Part shown: positions 45,078-54,303 of the stretch, one piece after another
How the letters are laid out: each line of letters starts with the position of its first letter
How positions within the stretch are numbered: the first letter of the stretch is position 1
Assembly: GCA_045105515.1 (NCBI GenBank)
Contig: JBGCDR010000286.1
Span: 1-64,000, forward strand
Length of the DNA stretch: 64,000 nucleotides
Direction: 5' to 3'
From: Oligoflexales bacterium
GTDB lineage: Bacteria > Bdellovibrionota_B > Oligoflexia > Oligoflexales > Bog-1112
Notes under the pieces: model-generated
What the model was told of the DNA's origin: nothing
Database searches by the model: none
What the model saw: the letters and a program-made list of their open reading frames with translations, nothing else
Made by a program: the position numbers and the translations under genes

Positions 45078-46520
45078 TCAATGCTCAAAAGCTTGCATTG
45101 CAATATTTTCTTTCACACACTTTAGGCAGCCTTTTAAATCTGGACGCAATAAGTCGCCTTTCCAAAAAATACCCAGAGAAACCATATTTGTTTTGGCCTC
45201 TTTGGGCAAGAATTCAGTGCAAATAAACATATCGCGTTTTGCCTCGACGGGTATATTATTTTTTAACATCAGCTCTTTAAAGGCCCAAACTTTTGCAGAA
45301 CCTGCAAACTGAAGCATTTGTCTAGCACGAGGAATCATGAGCTTTACTGGCATGACTAGATTGCTCTGATTCTTAATCACCAAAATACGGTTTTTGCCAT
45401 CTTGGTGGTCACAACGTGACAGATGAGTTGAAACTGAAGCCTTGGGGCCCAAAACAGCTAGGCTTTCAAAAGCTTGATGGCTGCTTTCATGTTGCATCAC
45501 TCTTTTAAGATGGCTAATCTTATGGCAATCTTTAACACGCAAACGCCCGTTCTTAAGCTCTACAACCCCACCATCTGCAGGCAGTGTAACTTTTCCTGTT
45601 TGTTTTGTTTTCGCAGAAACTTCAATCAAGTCCCAGATCTTTCCAAGTAACTGATGGCTCAAACCATTTCTGTTTTTTTTCAACGGCCCAATGATTGCTG
45701 AAAGGGCCTGCACGGAGATGCCTCTTCCATTATCGAGAAACCATGACAAGGGTACACCTTCGGCACTTCGGGCCGCAGCGACTTGTGGACTCACAGTTTC
45801 AATGCAAAATCTTCCTAGATCCCAAGCATCCAAACCGCAGCGCGCAATCCGTCGCTTTGCCCCCGGAAACATTTGGTCCAACAGAGGAAGAACTTTATGA
45901 CGAATCACATTCCTGCTGTAATCCATCTTATCATTAGAGGAGTCTTCTCTATGCAGCAATTGATGCCTATCTAACCAAGTCTTCAGTATAGCTTTCGTTA
46001 CCGGAAGTAAAGGCCGCCAAAACGGTGGGTTCCAATCTTGCATTCCAGCCATGGATCCCGCGCTAGTTCCGCGGGCCATACGTAGCAGTATATTTTCCGC
46101 TATATCATCCTGATGGTGTGCCAAAGCGATAATCCAGCCTTCTTGGCTTAGCTTTTCAAACTCCTGATAACGAACTTTCCTCGCCCATTGCTGAACACTG
46201 CCAGTATTCTTGTCATCTTCATTTTTTTTTGGAGCTTCATGGATGATAATTTTAACTCGCTTATTTTTAGCTAGATTCTCTAGAAACTTTTGATCTTCAT
46301 CGCTTTCATTTCCGCGTAAGCCAAAATTAGTATGAGATATTGCCAAAGGAAAATTTTTTTTTTGTTTGGTCAAAGCAAAAAGCATGTGGAAAAGTGCTGT
46401 AGAATCAGCACCTCCTGAGCAAGCCACCATAACCCCTTTATATTGCTGACAAAATCTCTCCAAACATGAATCCATCTCCTCGGCTAAGCTAATTAAATCA
46501 CTTCCAAAATATTCAAGCAT
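45078..46520 (-). CDS. tilS: tRNA(Ile)-lysidine synthetase
   Basis: VACSGGADS PP-loop, AHHQDDIAE, EDSSN...RNVIR; ATG 46520 chosen. Confidence 0.93.
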   Translation of the reverse strand: MLEYFGSDLISLAEEMDSCLERFCQQYKGVMVACSGGADSTALFHMLFALTKQKKNFPLAISHTNFGLRGNESDEDQKFLENLAKNKRVKIIIHEAPKKNEDDKNTGSVQQWARKVRYQEFEKLSQEGWIIALAHHQDDIAENILLRMARGTSAGSMAGMQDWNPPFWRPLLPVTKAILKTWLDRHQLLHREDSSNDKMDYSRNVIRHKVLPLLDQMFPGAKRRIARCGLDAWDLGRFCIETVSPQVAAARSAEGVPLSWFLDNGRGISVQALSAIIGPLKKNRNGLSHQLLGKIWDLIEVSAKTKQTGKVTLPADGGVVELKNGRLRVKDCHKISHLKRVMQHESSHQAFESLAVLGPKASVSTHLSRCDHQDGKNRILVIKNQSNLVMPVKLMIPRARQMLQFAGSAKVWAFKELMLKNNIPVEAKRDMFICTEFLPKEAKTNMVSLGIFWKGDLLRPDLKGCLKCVKENIAMQAFEH

Positions 46521-46689
46521 ATGATTTTTCTCATTTTCAGCGCACACCTTTAAATATCCAAATAAAAAATTTAAGAAATTTACCAAACTCACGATGGTGT
46601 TTTTGCAAGTTCCAAGGGGGAACATGCCTCCCACATCCTCTGGATTTTATGGGGAGTCAGAAAGTAATACCACGGAATGGAGTAAGGCC

Positions 46690-47574
46690 ATGGGCATGCG
46701 AATTCGAACCAACGTCACCTCATTAGTTGCACAACGTCATCTCTCAAACAATAACAAAACTCTTGGAGAATCCCTAGAGCGACTTTCCTCTGGATACCGC
46801 ATTAACAAGTCAAGAGACGATGCAGCAGGCTTAGCTGTATCGGAAAATATGCGTGGAAAAATCCGTGGTTTGAATCAAGCAAAGCGTAATGCGAACGATG
46901 CCGTTTCCATGCTCCAAGTGGCTGAAGGAGCTATGAACGAAATGGGAAATATAATGATCAGAATGCGAGAACTTACTGTCCAAGCCTCTTCCGATACCCT
47001 CGGTGATAGGGACCGTTCATTCTTAAACAGGGAATATGTCCAACTTGCTCATGAAATTGATCGTATTGCTGCTACCGCTGAATTCAACGAAAATAAGTTT
47101 TTTGTTGCAGACGATGACAACCCGAGAACTGAATACATAATCCAAGTTGGCCCTAATAATACGCCTGTAGAATCCAATCAAGACACATTATCTATTAATT
47201 TAGAAGGATTAAAATTCACCTCTACAGATCTTGGATTCAATACAGGTTCAGAGATCGGACCTAGCAACATGAAAGAGGAAGGCCCCTCTCGTAATGAGAT
47301 CGCTGAAAAACTAACAACCATTGATAGTGCACTAGAAAGGGTTGCAAGTGAAAGAGCAACCCTAGGTTCTATGCAAAGTCGTCTCGACTCAACAATCAAT
47401 AACCTATCCATTTCGGTCGAAAATTTAAACACCTCAATGAGCCGCATTAGAGATGTTGATTATGCAAGCGAGACATCATTGCTTGCCAAGCAAAGAATCT
47501 TAAGTCAAAGCAACTTATCGGTACTCTCCCAAGCAAATCAACTGCCGGAAATGGCTCTTTCACTACTTAGATAA
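46690..47574 (+). CDS. fliC: Flagellin
   Basis: MGMRIRTNV...LSSGYRIN...DDAAGL; C-terminal SRIRDVDYA...LSLLR. Confidence 0.97.
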   Translation: MGMRIRTNVTSLVAQRHLSNNNKTLGESLERLSSGYRINKSRDDAAGLAVSENMRGKIRGLNQAKRNANDAVSMLQVAEGAMNEMGNIMIRMRELTVQASSDTLGDRDRSFLNREYVQLAHEIDRIAATAEFNENKFFVADDDNPRTEYIIQVGPNNTPVESNQDTLSINLEGLKFTSTDLGFNTGSEIGPSNMKEEGPSRNEIAEKLTTIDSALERVASERATLGSMQSRLDSTINNLSISVENLNTSMSRIRDVDYASETSLLAKQRILSQSNLSVLSQANQLPEMALSLLR

Positions 47575-47619
47575 AAAATGACGTATCAAAAAGTCGCTAA
47601 AACATAAGGAGAAGTACGC

Positions 47620-48537
47620 ATGAGTTTAGAAGTAAAAACAAATATTACAGCTATCAAGGCACAAAGACAGCTACAATCCAACAGTAGAAAAATGTCCGAT
47701 TCCATGGAAAAGCTCGCTTCAGGGCAGAGGATCAATAGGTCTGCAGATGATGCAGCAGGTCTCGCTGTATCTGAACGCATTAGAGCAAGAATTCGCTCCC
47801 TTGATGTTGCGAAAAGGAATGCAAGTGATGCTATAAGCTATATTCAAACAGCTGAAGGGAGTTTGAATGAAGTTTCCAATATCGCTATAAGGATGAGAGA
47901 ATTAACGTCTCAAGCAGCTTCAGATACCCTAGGAAATCGTGAACGTGGCTTTCTAGATAAAGAATTTCAGCAACTAAAACAAGAAATTTCGCGAATCATT
48001 GATTCGACAGAATTCAATGGTACTAAAATCCTGAAATCTAGTGATAATGCCATTCAAATTTTTGTTGGATCATCAAATAGAGGCGCTGACATTGACGGAA
48101 GTATTCCCGATTTTTCGGATAAAGACCCTGATGTACTTGAAATTGATTTATCTGCCCTACAGGAGTTTAATACCGCTGTGGAGCAGGTAACCACTGAAGT
48201 TGATCTAAGCTTAAAACCCGAAGATGCAGATGGGGGCGCAAAAGATTTAGGCCCCACTGGAACTGGAGACATCATGTATCGGCTTGATACTTTTGTAAAT
48301 GAGATCTCATCTTATCGTGCGACCTTAGGTTCCGTGCAATCACGCCTTGACAGCACTATCAATAATATTGAGGTTTCTAACGAAAACCTCAACGCTGCAC
48401 GGTCAAGGATTGTCGATGTGGACTACGCAGCTGAAACAGCTAACTTTACTAAGTCGAGAATTCTTTCTCAAGCTGGTTTATCAGTCCAGGCTCAGGCGAA
48501 TGCCATGCCCGAAATGGTATTAACCCTACTAAGATAG
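47620..48537 (+). CDS. fliC: Flagellin
   Basis: LASGQRINRSADDAAGL; SRIVDVDYA...LTLLR. Confidence 0.97.
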   Translation: MSLEVKTNITAIKAQRQLQSNSRKMSDSMEKLASGQRINRSADDAAGLAVSERIRARIRSLDVAKRNASDAISYIQTAEGSLNEVSNIAIRMRELTSQAASDTLGNRERGFLDKEFQQLKQEISRIIDSTEFNGTKILKSSDNAIQIFVGSSNRGADIDGSIPDFSDKDPDVLEIDLSALQEFNTAVEQVTTEVDLSLKPEDADGGAKDLGPTGTGDIMYRLDTFVNEISSYRATLGSVQSRLDSTINNIEVSNENLNAARSRIVDVDYAAETANFTKSRILSQAGLSVQAQANAMPEMVLTLLR

Positions 48538-48545
48538 TGGCAGAA

Positions 48546-49277
48546 CTATTTATTATTGAAAGGAAGTTTAACCACCCTATGCAATAAGCTTAGCACTAAA
48601 GGAAAAGCCAACAAAAGTAATAATAGGTATCGATTTTTGCGATGCGACACAATTCCAATCCCACATCCGGGGGCTACTTGTGAGCCCCCTTGTTGGGGAT
48701 AAAGCCTGACTATCGCAGCGATATCATCAAGATCCAATCTAAAACTATTCTTGTCCAAATGGTAGCTCATTATAGCTTCTGGAATCAATGAGTGTCCCAG
48801 GCCCAAGCAATGACCAAACTCATGAAGTATTGTTTTAGCAATTGATGTGTAGGAAAAGCTTTGTGATATCAATACAAATATGCTGCAATGCAAAGGCTCT
48901 CCATCATCTCCAAGTTCATCAAACTCAGCATAACCAGCAGAAAAACTAGAATCATTAATGCTGCTCTGCAAATGCAAAGTAATCTGGGCATTCTGATCAT
49001 TCTGGGTCCAACTGAGTGCGAGTGAACTTGCCCCAATCCCCCCCCACATATTAGCAGCTCTGCTAATAGTATCTATGAATCGGTCATAATCGTCTTGATA
49101 TTCCGATATAACCCGATAACTAACAACTGGGTTATCAGCATTGGTCGGCCACTTCAGAAGTTCATGGGTAAAATCTACAGGGGTTGGGTAGCTAATAGAA
49201 ACCCCTTTAGATGCCCATAGAATTCCCTGCAAAACTAAAATGGCACTGAAAATCCGATCCATAGAGGATAATTCCAA
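48546..49277 (-). CDS. Matrixin (M10)-family zinc metalloprotease with C-terminal membrane anchor
   Basis: HEFGHCLGLGH, AIM Met-turn, PGCG followed by a hydrophobic tail. Confidence 0.88.
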   Translation of the reverse strand: MELSSMDRIFSAILVLQGILWASKGVSISYPTPVDFTHELLKWPTNADNPVVSYRVISEYQDDYDRFIDTISRAANMWGGIGASSLALSWTQNDQNAQITLHLQSSINDSSFSAGYAEFDELGDDGEPLHCSIFVLISQSFSYTSIAKTILHEFGHCLGLGHSLIPEAIMSYHLDKNSFRLDLDDIAAIVRLYPQQGGSQVAPGCGIGIVSHRKNRYLLLLLLAFPLVLSLLHRVVKLPFNNK

Positions 49278-49711
49278 AATATTGGTTTAAGTTGCGAAAA
49301 ATAAAAGTGGGTTACCACATCAATACGAAATAACCACAAGGGGGTAATACTCCAAAGTAACTCTATCAGTGGACCAGCAGTAGTTGCACCTGCGCCCATT
49401 TGAAAGAATGATCTCACAAAACAGTCACGAGAACAGATAACAAAACGCCAATCATAAGCGACACCTGTCAAAGGCCACCTTCCCGTTAAAAGAAAGAGAT
49501 TAGAAAAGAGTAATATTTCTCCTTGATCATTATGACTTAGCCTCAATGCATACGCTTGTTGACCACCAGCATTTGAAGTCATAGATCTATACTGTAAACT
49601 CAGTGTATAGTCTTCCTTTGCTTGAAGAAGGTTTGAATTGATTATGAGTAAAAAATTTATTAGTAGCGTATATTGCAACACTTTAGTATTATAAGTATTC
49701 TTTTTCTTCAA
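49235..49711 (-). CDS. Hypothetical exported, probably beta-barrel protein
   Basis: Signal peptide, alternating aromatic strands, C-terminal Phe. Confidence 0.55.
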   Translation of the reverse strand: MKKKNTYNTKVLQYTLLINFLLIINSNLLQAKEDYTLSLQYRSMTSNAGGQQAYALRLSHNDQGEILLFSNLFLLTGRWPLTGVAYDWRFVICSRDCFVRSFFQMGAGATTAGPLIELLWSITPLWLFRIDVVTHFYFSQLKPIFWNYPLWIGFSVPF

Positions 49712-50241
49712 ATGCTTACACCCATTCGCATTGACAGAAAATTAAAAGGCCAAACCACATAGGCTTCAAACTGATCGTTTCCATCCTTAGCAACAAAGGT
49801 TTGGTGGGAAAAAGATAAGTAGAAACTACCTAGGTGTAAAACCGTTTCAGCTTGGAAAGATAGTCCTTCAACATCGTAAGATCTACGCTCCTTACTTGCA
49901 AGATCCTGAAGATATCCAAACATCCTACCCACACCAACAAAACACAGTAAATATAGATTATTACTAGAAGTTAATTTGGTACCAAGATGAGTAAATAATC
50001 CTGATTCTCCATCAGCATGGGTCTTAGTCTCATAGCGAGGTCTCTCTATAAATGATGCCCTCCATAGAACTGATTGCTTGTCGTTAGATATGCCAGCAAA
50101 AACACCAGAACTATAGTGATAATACTGGCTATTAGGTTGCATCATTAGAGCACCAATTCCTCCAAAATCTAGCTTGATGGCTTGACTATTGGTGGAGAAA
50201 AATAGAAATGAATAAATAAATATCGCGCTAAATAGTTTCAT
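49708..50241 (-). CDS. Hypothetical exported, probably beta-barrel protein
   Basis: Signal peptide ending SQA; amphipathic strands. Confidence 0.55.
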   Translation of the reverse strand: MKLFSAIFIYSFLFFSTNSQAIKLDFGGIGALMMQPNSQYYHYSSGVFAGISNDKQSVLWRASFIERPRYETKTHADGESGLFTHLGTKLTSSNNLYLLCFVGVGRMFGYLQDLASKERRSYDVEGLSFQAETVLHLGSFYLSFSHQTFVAKDGNDQFEAYVVWPFNFLSMRMGVSI

Positions 50242-50361
50242 AACATCGATAGAAGAAAATACCTTATTAGCTATATTTTATCAGTTAATATGGAAAGGAC
50301 AAAAAGAACATAAATGATTCTTTTTCAACTCAGGAATCAAAAAGAGATTACAGATTGCTCA

Positions 50362-51381
50362 TCAACTTAGAAGTTTGGAAACTTCAGTTACGATTTCTTC
50401 AACTTGAGTATTATTTATATCTAAGTACTTGCACTCCTCATACATCCTTTCTTCATCGAATCTATGAGGCTCTAGGTTAATCCAGTGGGTCAACATATTT
50501 GCCAAACAAACAATATGGATCAAGCTAGGTTCTTTTAAGTTATCATCAGGCAAAGGCAAATGATGATTTTTAATCGCTTCCACCACATAAGCCGGGAACC
50601 CCCAAAAAGCAGCACCAATTTCTCCTAAAATACAATGGTTCGATAGGCCGCTGCGATCCTCAATGTGTGACCATGTATCTTGAGTCTGAGGGTCATAAAT
50701 CTCTTTCCACACCCGGTCTAATTTTTCTGGAAATCCGATAGCAGAAACAATTTTACCGATATTGCACAAACAGCCGGCTAAATAAGCTCTGTCCTTTCCT
50801 GCCTGTGAAAACACCTTGACCCATAAAAATTCAGAAATTGCAGCTGTTACAAAAGCATCATCCCAAAATTTTTTGTTGTCAAAAAGTTCCGTTTTAAAAC
50901 GGAACTTTTTCATAGAAGCCACCATTACTAAACTGGCTAGCTGCTTCCTACCAATAAAGGTTATGGCATATTCCATTGAGGGGTCTTCTTTTTTTGTGCC
51001 CTCTCCTCTAATTTTTCGCATATTTTCACATACTCGCATAACTTCAGCAGCTATAAAAGGGTCCTTTTTTACAGCTTTACCAAGCTGGATAGAGTCCACT
51101 TCTTCATCTGCAAGCAGTTGCTGAAGTTCCATGACTGCTGAAGGAATATGGGGCAACTGACCTTTTTGAGACATTTTATTGAAAATTGAACTAGCTTCTT
51201 CCCCCATTACCATATCGGGTGAGTACCAAGGAAATTTTCCACTAGGTAACATAAGAGTTGAACCGCAGTCACAATTAAACCAAAGGTTCCCCCCAGAACA
51301 CAGACGCCATTGATTTGTATTCTTTAAAAAGTCTTCTTCCCCTCTAAAAGCCCGTGAGCACGAACCACATACTTTTTCCAT
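50362..51381 (-). CDS. HDOD-domain protein with N-terminal Cys-rich zinc-ribbon-like module
   Basis: LPHIPSAV...DPFIAAEV...AYLAGCLCNIGK...WGFP...AIKNHH; N-terminal CGSC...C...WFNCDCGSTL. Confidence 0.85.
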   Translation of the reverse strand: MEKVCGSCSRAFRGEEDFLKNTNQWRLCSGGNLWFNCDCGSTLMLPSGKFPWYSPDMVMGEEASSIFNKMSQKGQLPHIPSAVMELQQLLADEEVDSIQLGKAVKKDPFIAAEVMRVCENMRKIRGEGTKKEDPSMEYAITFIGRKQLASLVMVASMKKFRFKTELFDNKKFWDDAFVTAAISEFLWVKVFSQAGKDRAYLAGCLCNIGKIVSAIGFPEKLDRVWKEIYDPQTQDTWSHIEDRSGLSNHCILGEIGAAFWGFPAYVVEAIKNHHLPLPDDNLKEPSLIHIVCLANMLTHWINLEPHRFDEERMYEECKYLDINNTQVEEIVTEVSKLLS

Positions 51382-51433
51382 CCTTGCTATTTTCCTTCAG
51401 GCAAATAATAATTCGACCTATTCATCTATAGTC

Positions 51434-51460
51434 ACATCGGCATTGCTTTCTATAGACTTA
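51434..51460 (-). promoter_or_regulatory. sigma28-like promoter of the HDOD gene
   Basis: TAAG-N15-GCCGATGT on the minus strand. Confidence 0.6.
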
Positions 51461-51486
51461 GTCAAACCACCTGGAGCGTTAAAAGA

Positions 51487-51981
51487 TTGGATAGAGAATT
51501 AACTGAGATCAGTAAGAAAATTGTCACTATTTTAACTGAGAATAAAAAGTCTATCTCTACCGCTGAGAGCTGTACGGGTGGCTTAATCAGCACCTACCTT
51601 ACCGAAGTTCCAGGCAGTTCTGCTTGTTTTAACGGAGGTGTATGCTCATACACAGAATTCGCCAAAGGGGCTCTTTTAGGAATCCCCCAGATACAAATAG
51701 ATAAATTCGGTGTTGTTTCTAAAGAAGTTGCTATCAAAATGGCGAACTCTGTGCAGATGGTTTTACAAAGCGACTACGGGCTTAGCACAACTGGAGTCGC
51801 AGGCCCCGGTGGAGGAAGTGCCAAAACTCCTGTGGGGACTGTTTGGTGCGGTATTGCTACTCCAAAAAGTTGCGAAGCTTTTTGCTTACATCTTGAAGGA
51901 AATAGAAATATGATTAGAAAGGGAGCAGTTACGAAGATACTTACCCACCTTTACACAGAACACTTGAAGGAACAAATATGA
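51487..51981 (+). CDS. CinA C-terminal / NMN deamidase (PncC)
   Basis: TAESCTGG, VPGSS and TTGVAGPGGG..KTPVGTV motifs. Confidence 0.93.
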   Translation: MDRELTEISKKIVTILTENKKSISTAESCTGGLISTYLTEVPGSSACFNGGVCSYTEFAKGALLGIPQIQIDKFGVVSKEVAIKMANSVQMVLQSDYGLSTTGVAGPGGGSAKTPVGTVWCGIATPKSCEAFCLHLEGNRNMIRKGAVTKILTHLYTEHLKEQI

Positions 51982-52655
51982 GAAACCAGATTTTATTTGA
52001 ATACAAGCCTTGGAATCTAGCAATGCAAATTGTTATCTTTTCGTCTATTCTAAGCTTCTGGACAGTTCCTACTGCTTATGGAGATCTAAGCGAAAAAGAA
52101 GTTCGAAAGCTTCAGGAAAAAATAAAATCTTTTGAACACTTAAATGTAGCTTTCACTCAAAAAACTTATCGTAGCCTGAGAAAAAAAACTTCATTGAGCT
52201 CAGGACAAGCATTTTTTAGTAAACCAAATCATTTTAGATGGGCCTTGGAAACTCCTTCAAAAACTCAATGGCTTTATGATGGTAAAACCCTCAGCTACTT
52301 CCTTCCAGACAAAAAGCAAGCCACGACCTACCCTTCACAAGTCAACAAGGGTAAAGAGCTCAGAAATATTGTGGACATGGTCCTTAATTTCGATGAGCTG
52401 TTGAAAAGATTTCGGATCTTACAAGCAAGGCAAAATGATCATATTATTGACATCACACTGAGCCCCTTAAGTACAAGCGAAATCAAGTCAGCTGATCTAA
52501 AATTAGACACTAAAAATGGATTTATGGAGTCCATAAAACTCAACCTAGGTGCCGGTAATCACACAACTATTGAGTTTTCAAATCCAAGAAAATCATCTAT
52601 CCCAGAGTCTACTTACCGAGTTCCAAAAGGCACGAAGATTAGCAGTGCATCTTAG
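51978..52655 (+). CDS. lolA: Outer-membrane lipoprotein carrier LolA
   Basis: FTQ...SGQAFFSKPNHFRW...YDGKTLSYFLP...Q pattern. Confidence 0.85.
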   Translation: MRNQILFEYKPWNLAMQIVIFSSILSFWTVPTAYGDLSEKEVRKLQEKIKSFEHLNVAFTQKTYRSLRKKTSLSSGQAFFSKPNHFRWALETPSKTQWLYDGKTLSYFLPDKKQATTYPSQVNKGKELRNIVDMVLNFDELLKRFRILQARQNDHIIDITLSPLSTSEIKSADLKLDTKNGFMESIKLNLGAGNHTTIEFSNPRKSSIPESTYRVPKGTKISSAS

Positions 52656-52680
52656 TAAGAATCCAAATGAATTCCATCTG

Positions 52681-52707
52681 TAAAGTTTCTTTACACTCTT
52701 CCGAATA
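52681..52707 (+). promoter_or_regulatory. sigma28-like promoter of the PocR-sigma54 activator gene
   Basis: TAAA-N15-TCCGAATA. Confidence 0.6.
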
Positions 52708-52740
52708 GATACACAGCTTGTAATTTGGAGGCGTGCTGAT

Positions 52741-54303
52741 ATGGCGAATCAAGTAAATTGGCAGGATTTTGATAAACTACATGTCATTAGGCGCCTACGT
52801 CAACTCGTAGGTAAATGGTGGAAAGTGCAGCTTAATTTTACTGATGAAAAAGGCTTTGTCAGAGGAGTTCCTGAAGGAAAATTCTTTAACCCAATAAACC
52901 CAATTTGCAAAGTGATCACCGGCGATGACAAAGGCTTTAAAGGGTGTATGAGCACTGTTAAACAAACAACCATAGATGCCACAGGCTCTAAGAATAAACG
53001 AGCTCGGCTTAGCCGCTGTCATTCAGGTTTTTCTACTCTATCTGTACCAATTCGTGTCGATGGCAAATACCTTGGTTGTGTTTTCGGTGATGGCTTTCTT
53101 GTTTCCGAAACCGAGCAAGAACAAAAAATATTAATAAAAAACTACCTAAGAACACAGTTTTCCAAACAAGAAGACCTCCTCGCCCATATTGAATCTTTGC
53201 CTGTTTTATCGGAAAAAGACGTAGAATATCTTACAGAGCTCGTTGAGATTGTTGTGGATGAAATTCTAATGACTCAAGCAAACCTTTCAAATGTTGAAAA
53301 ACAAGTAAGTGAGCTAAAATCTGAACTGGGAGCACGGTACGGGTTTGACAAAATGATAGGTAAATCCTCGCCAATGCAAAGTCTATATTCATTGCTTGAA
53401 CGAGTATGTGATTCTTCTGCACTAGTTCTAATTCAGGGAGAAAATGGTACTGGTAAAGAGTTAATCGCCAGAGCACTCCACTATAACTCCAAGCGAAAAA
53501 AGGGTAAATTCTTAGCAGTGAACTGTGGAGCCTTCAATGAAAACTTACTTGAGTCAGAACTCTTTGGACATGTAAAAGGATCATTCACAGGTGCCGTAAA
53601 AGATAAAGTGGGCTTATTTGAAGCCACAAATAAAGGTACTTTATTTTTAGACGAGATTGGTGATACTTCCATGCCCATGCAAGTGAAGTTACTACGTGTC
53701 CTCCAAGAAGGAACTTATACTCCAGTTGGAGCTACTGTAACTAAGAAATCTGATGCTCGGGTAGTGTGTGCTACTAACAAAGACCTCACAAAAATGGTTA
53801 AAGAAGGAAGCTTTCGAGAAGATCTATTTTACAGACTAAATGTCATAAACGTAATCGTGCCCCCATTAAGGGAACGTAAAGAGGATATAACATTATTGCT
53901 AGAACATTTTACCAAACGCTATGCACGTTCAACGAATTTACCGGAAAAAAAGCCCAATAAGGAATGCATGGAAAAAATTCTAAATTATAACTGGCCAGGA
54001 AACGTTAGGGAGCTTGAGAATGAAATTGAGCGCCTGTGTGTTTTGTCCGGTGAAGACCAACACCTTGATGAGGCCTTTCTAAGTCAAAGAATCAAGGAAG
54101 GCACAGAGCAAAAATACCCAGGCTACCGGATGGAAGGAAAACTTAAGGATGCTCTTGAAGCACTTGAAAAGAGAATGATCCTCGAAGGGTTAAAGCGAAC
54201 CCGATGGAACAAATCTCGTTTAGCAAAAGAACTCGGAATTTCTCGTGCAGGACTCATCATGAAAGTTGATAAATATGGCCTAGATAAAAGAAATTTAGGT
54301 TAG
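52741..54303 (+). CDS. sigma54-dependent activator with N-terminal PocR-like sensor
   Basis: NPIC...GC...RCHSGFSTLSVPI sensor; GENGTGKE, ESELFGHVKGSFTGA, FREDLFYRL, WPGNVREL, HTH. Confidence 0.92.
   Translation: MANQVNWQDFDKLHVIRRLRQLVGKWWKVQLNFTDEKGFVRGVPEGKFFNPINPICKVITGDDKGFKGCMSTVKQTTIDATGSKNKRARLSRCHSGFSTLSVPIRVDGKYLGCVFGDGFLVSETEQEQKILIKNYLRTQFSKQEDLLAHIESLPVLSEKDVEYLTELVEIVVDEILMTQANLSNVEKQVSELKSELGARYGFDKMIGKSSPMQSLYSLLERVCDSSALVLIQGENGTGKELIARALHYNSKRKKGKFLAVNCGAFNENLLESELFGHVKGSFTGAVKDKVGLFEATNKGTLFLDEIGDTSMPMQVKLLRVLQEGTYTPVGATVTKKSDARVVCATNKDLTKMVKEGSFREDLFYRLNVINVIVPPLRERKEDITLLLEHFTKRYARSTNLPEKKPNKECMEKILNYNWPGNVRELENEIERLCVLSGEDQHLDEAFLSQRIKEGTEQKYPGYRMEGKLKDALEALEKRMILEGLKRTRWNKSRLAKELGISRAGLIMKVDKYGLDKRNLG

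Noticed and set aside
46594..46689. Overlap between extended tilS and flagellin starts
   Set aside because: The ORF caller extended both to far-upstream starts; the likely starts are 46520 (tilS) and 46690 (flagellin), leaving a divergent promoter region.
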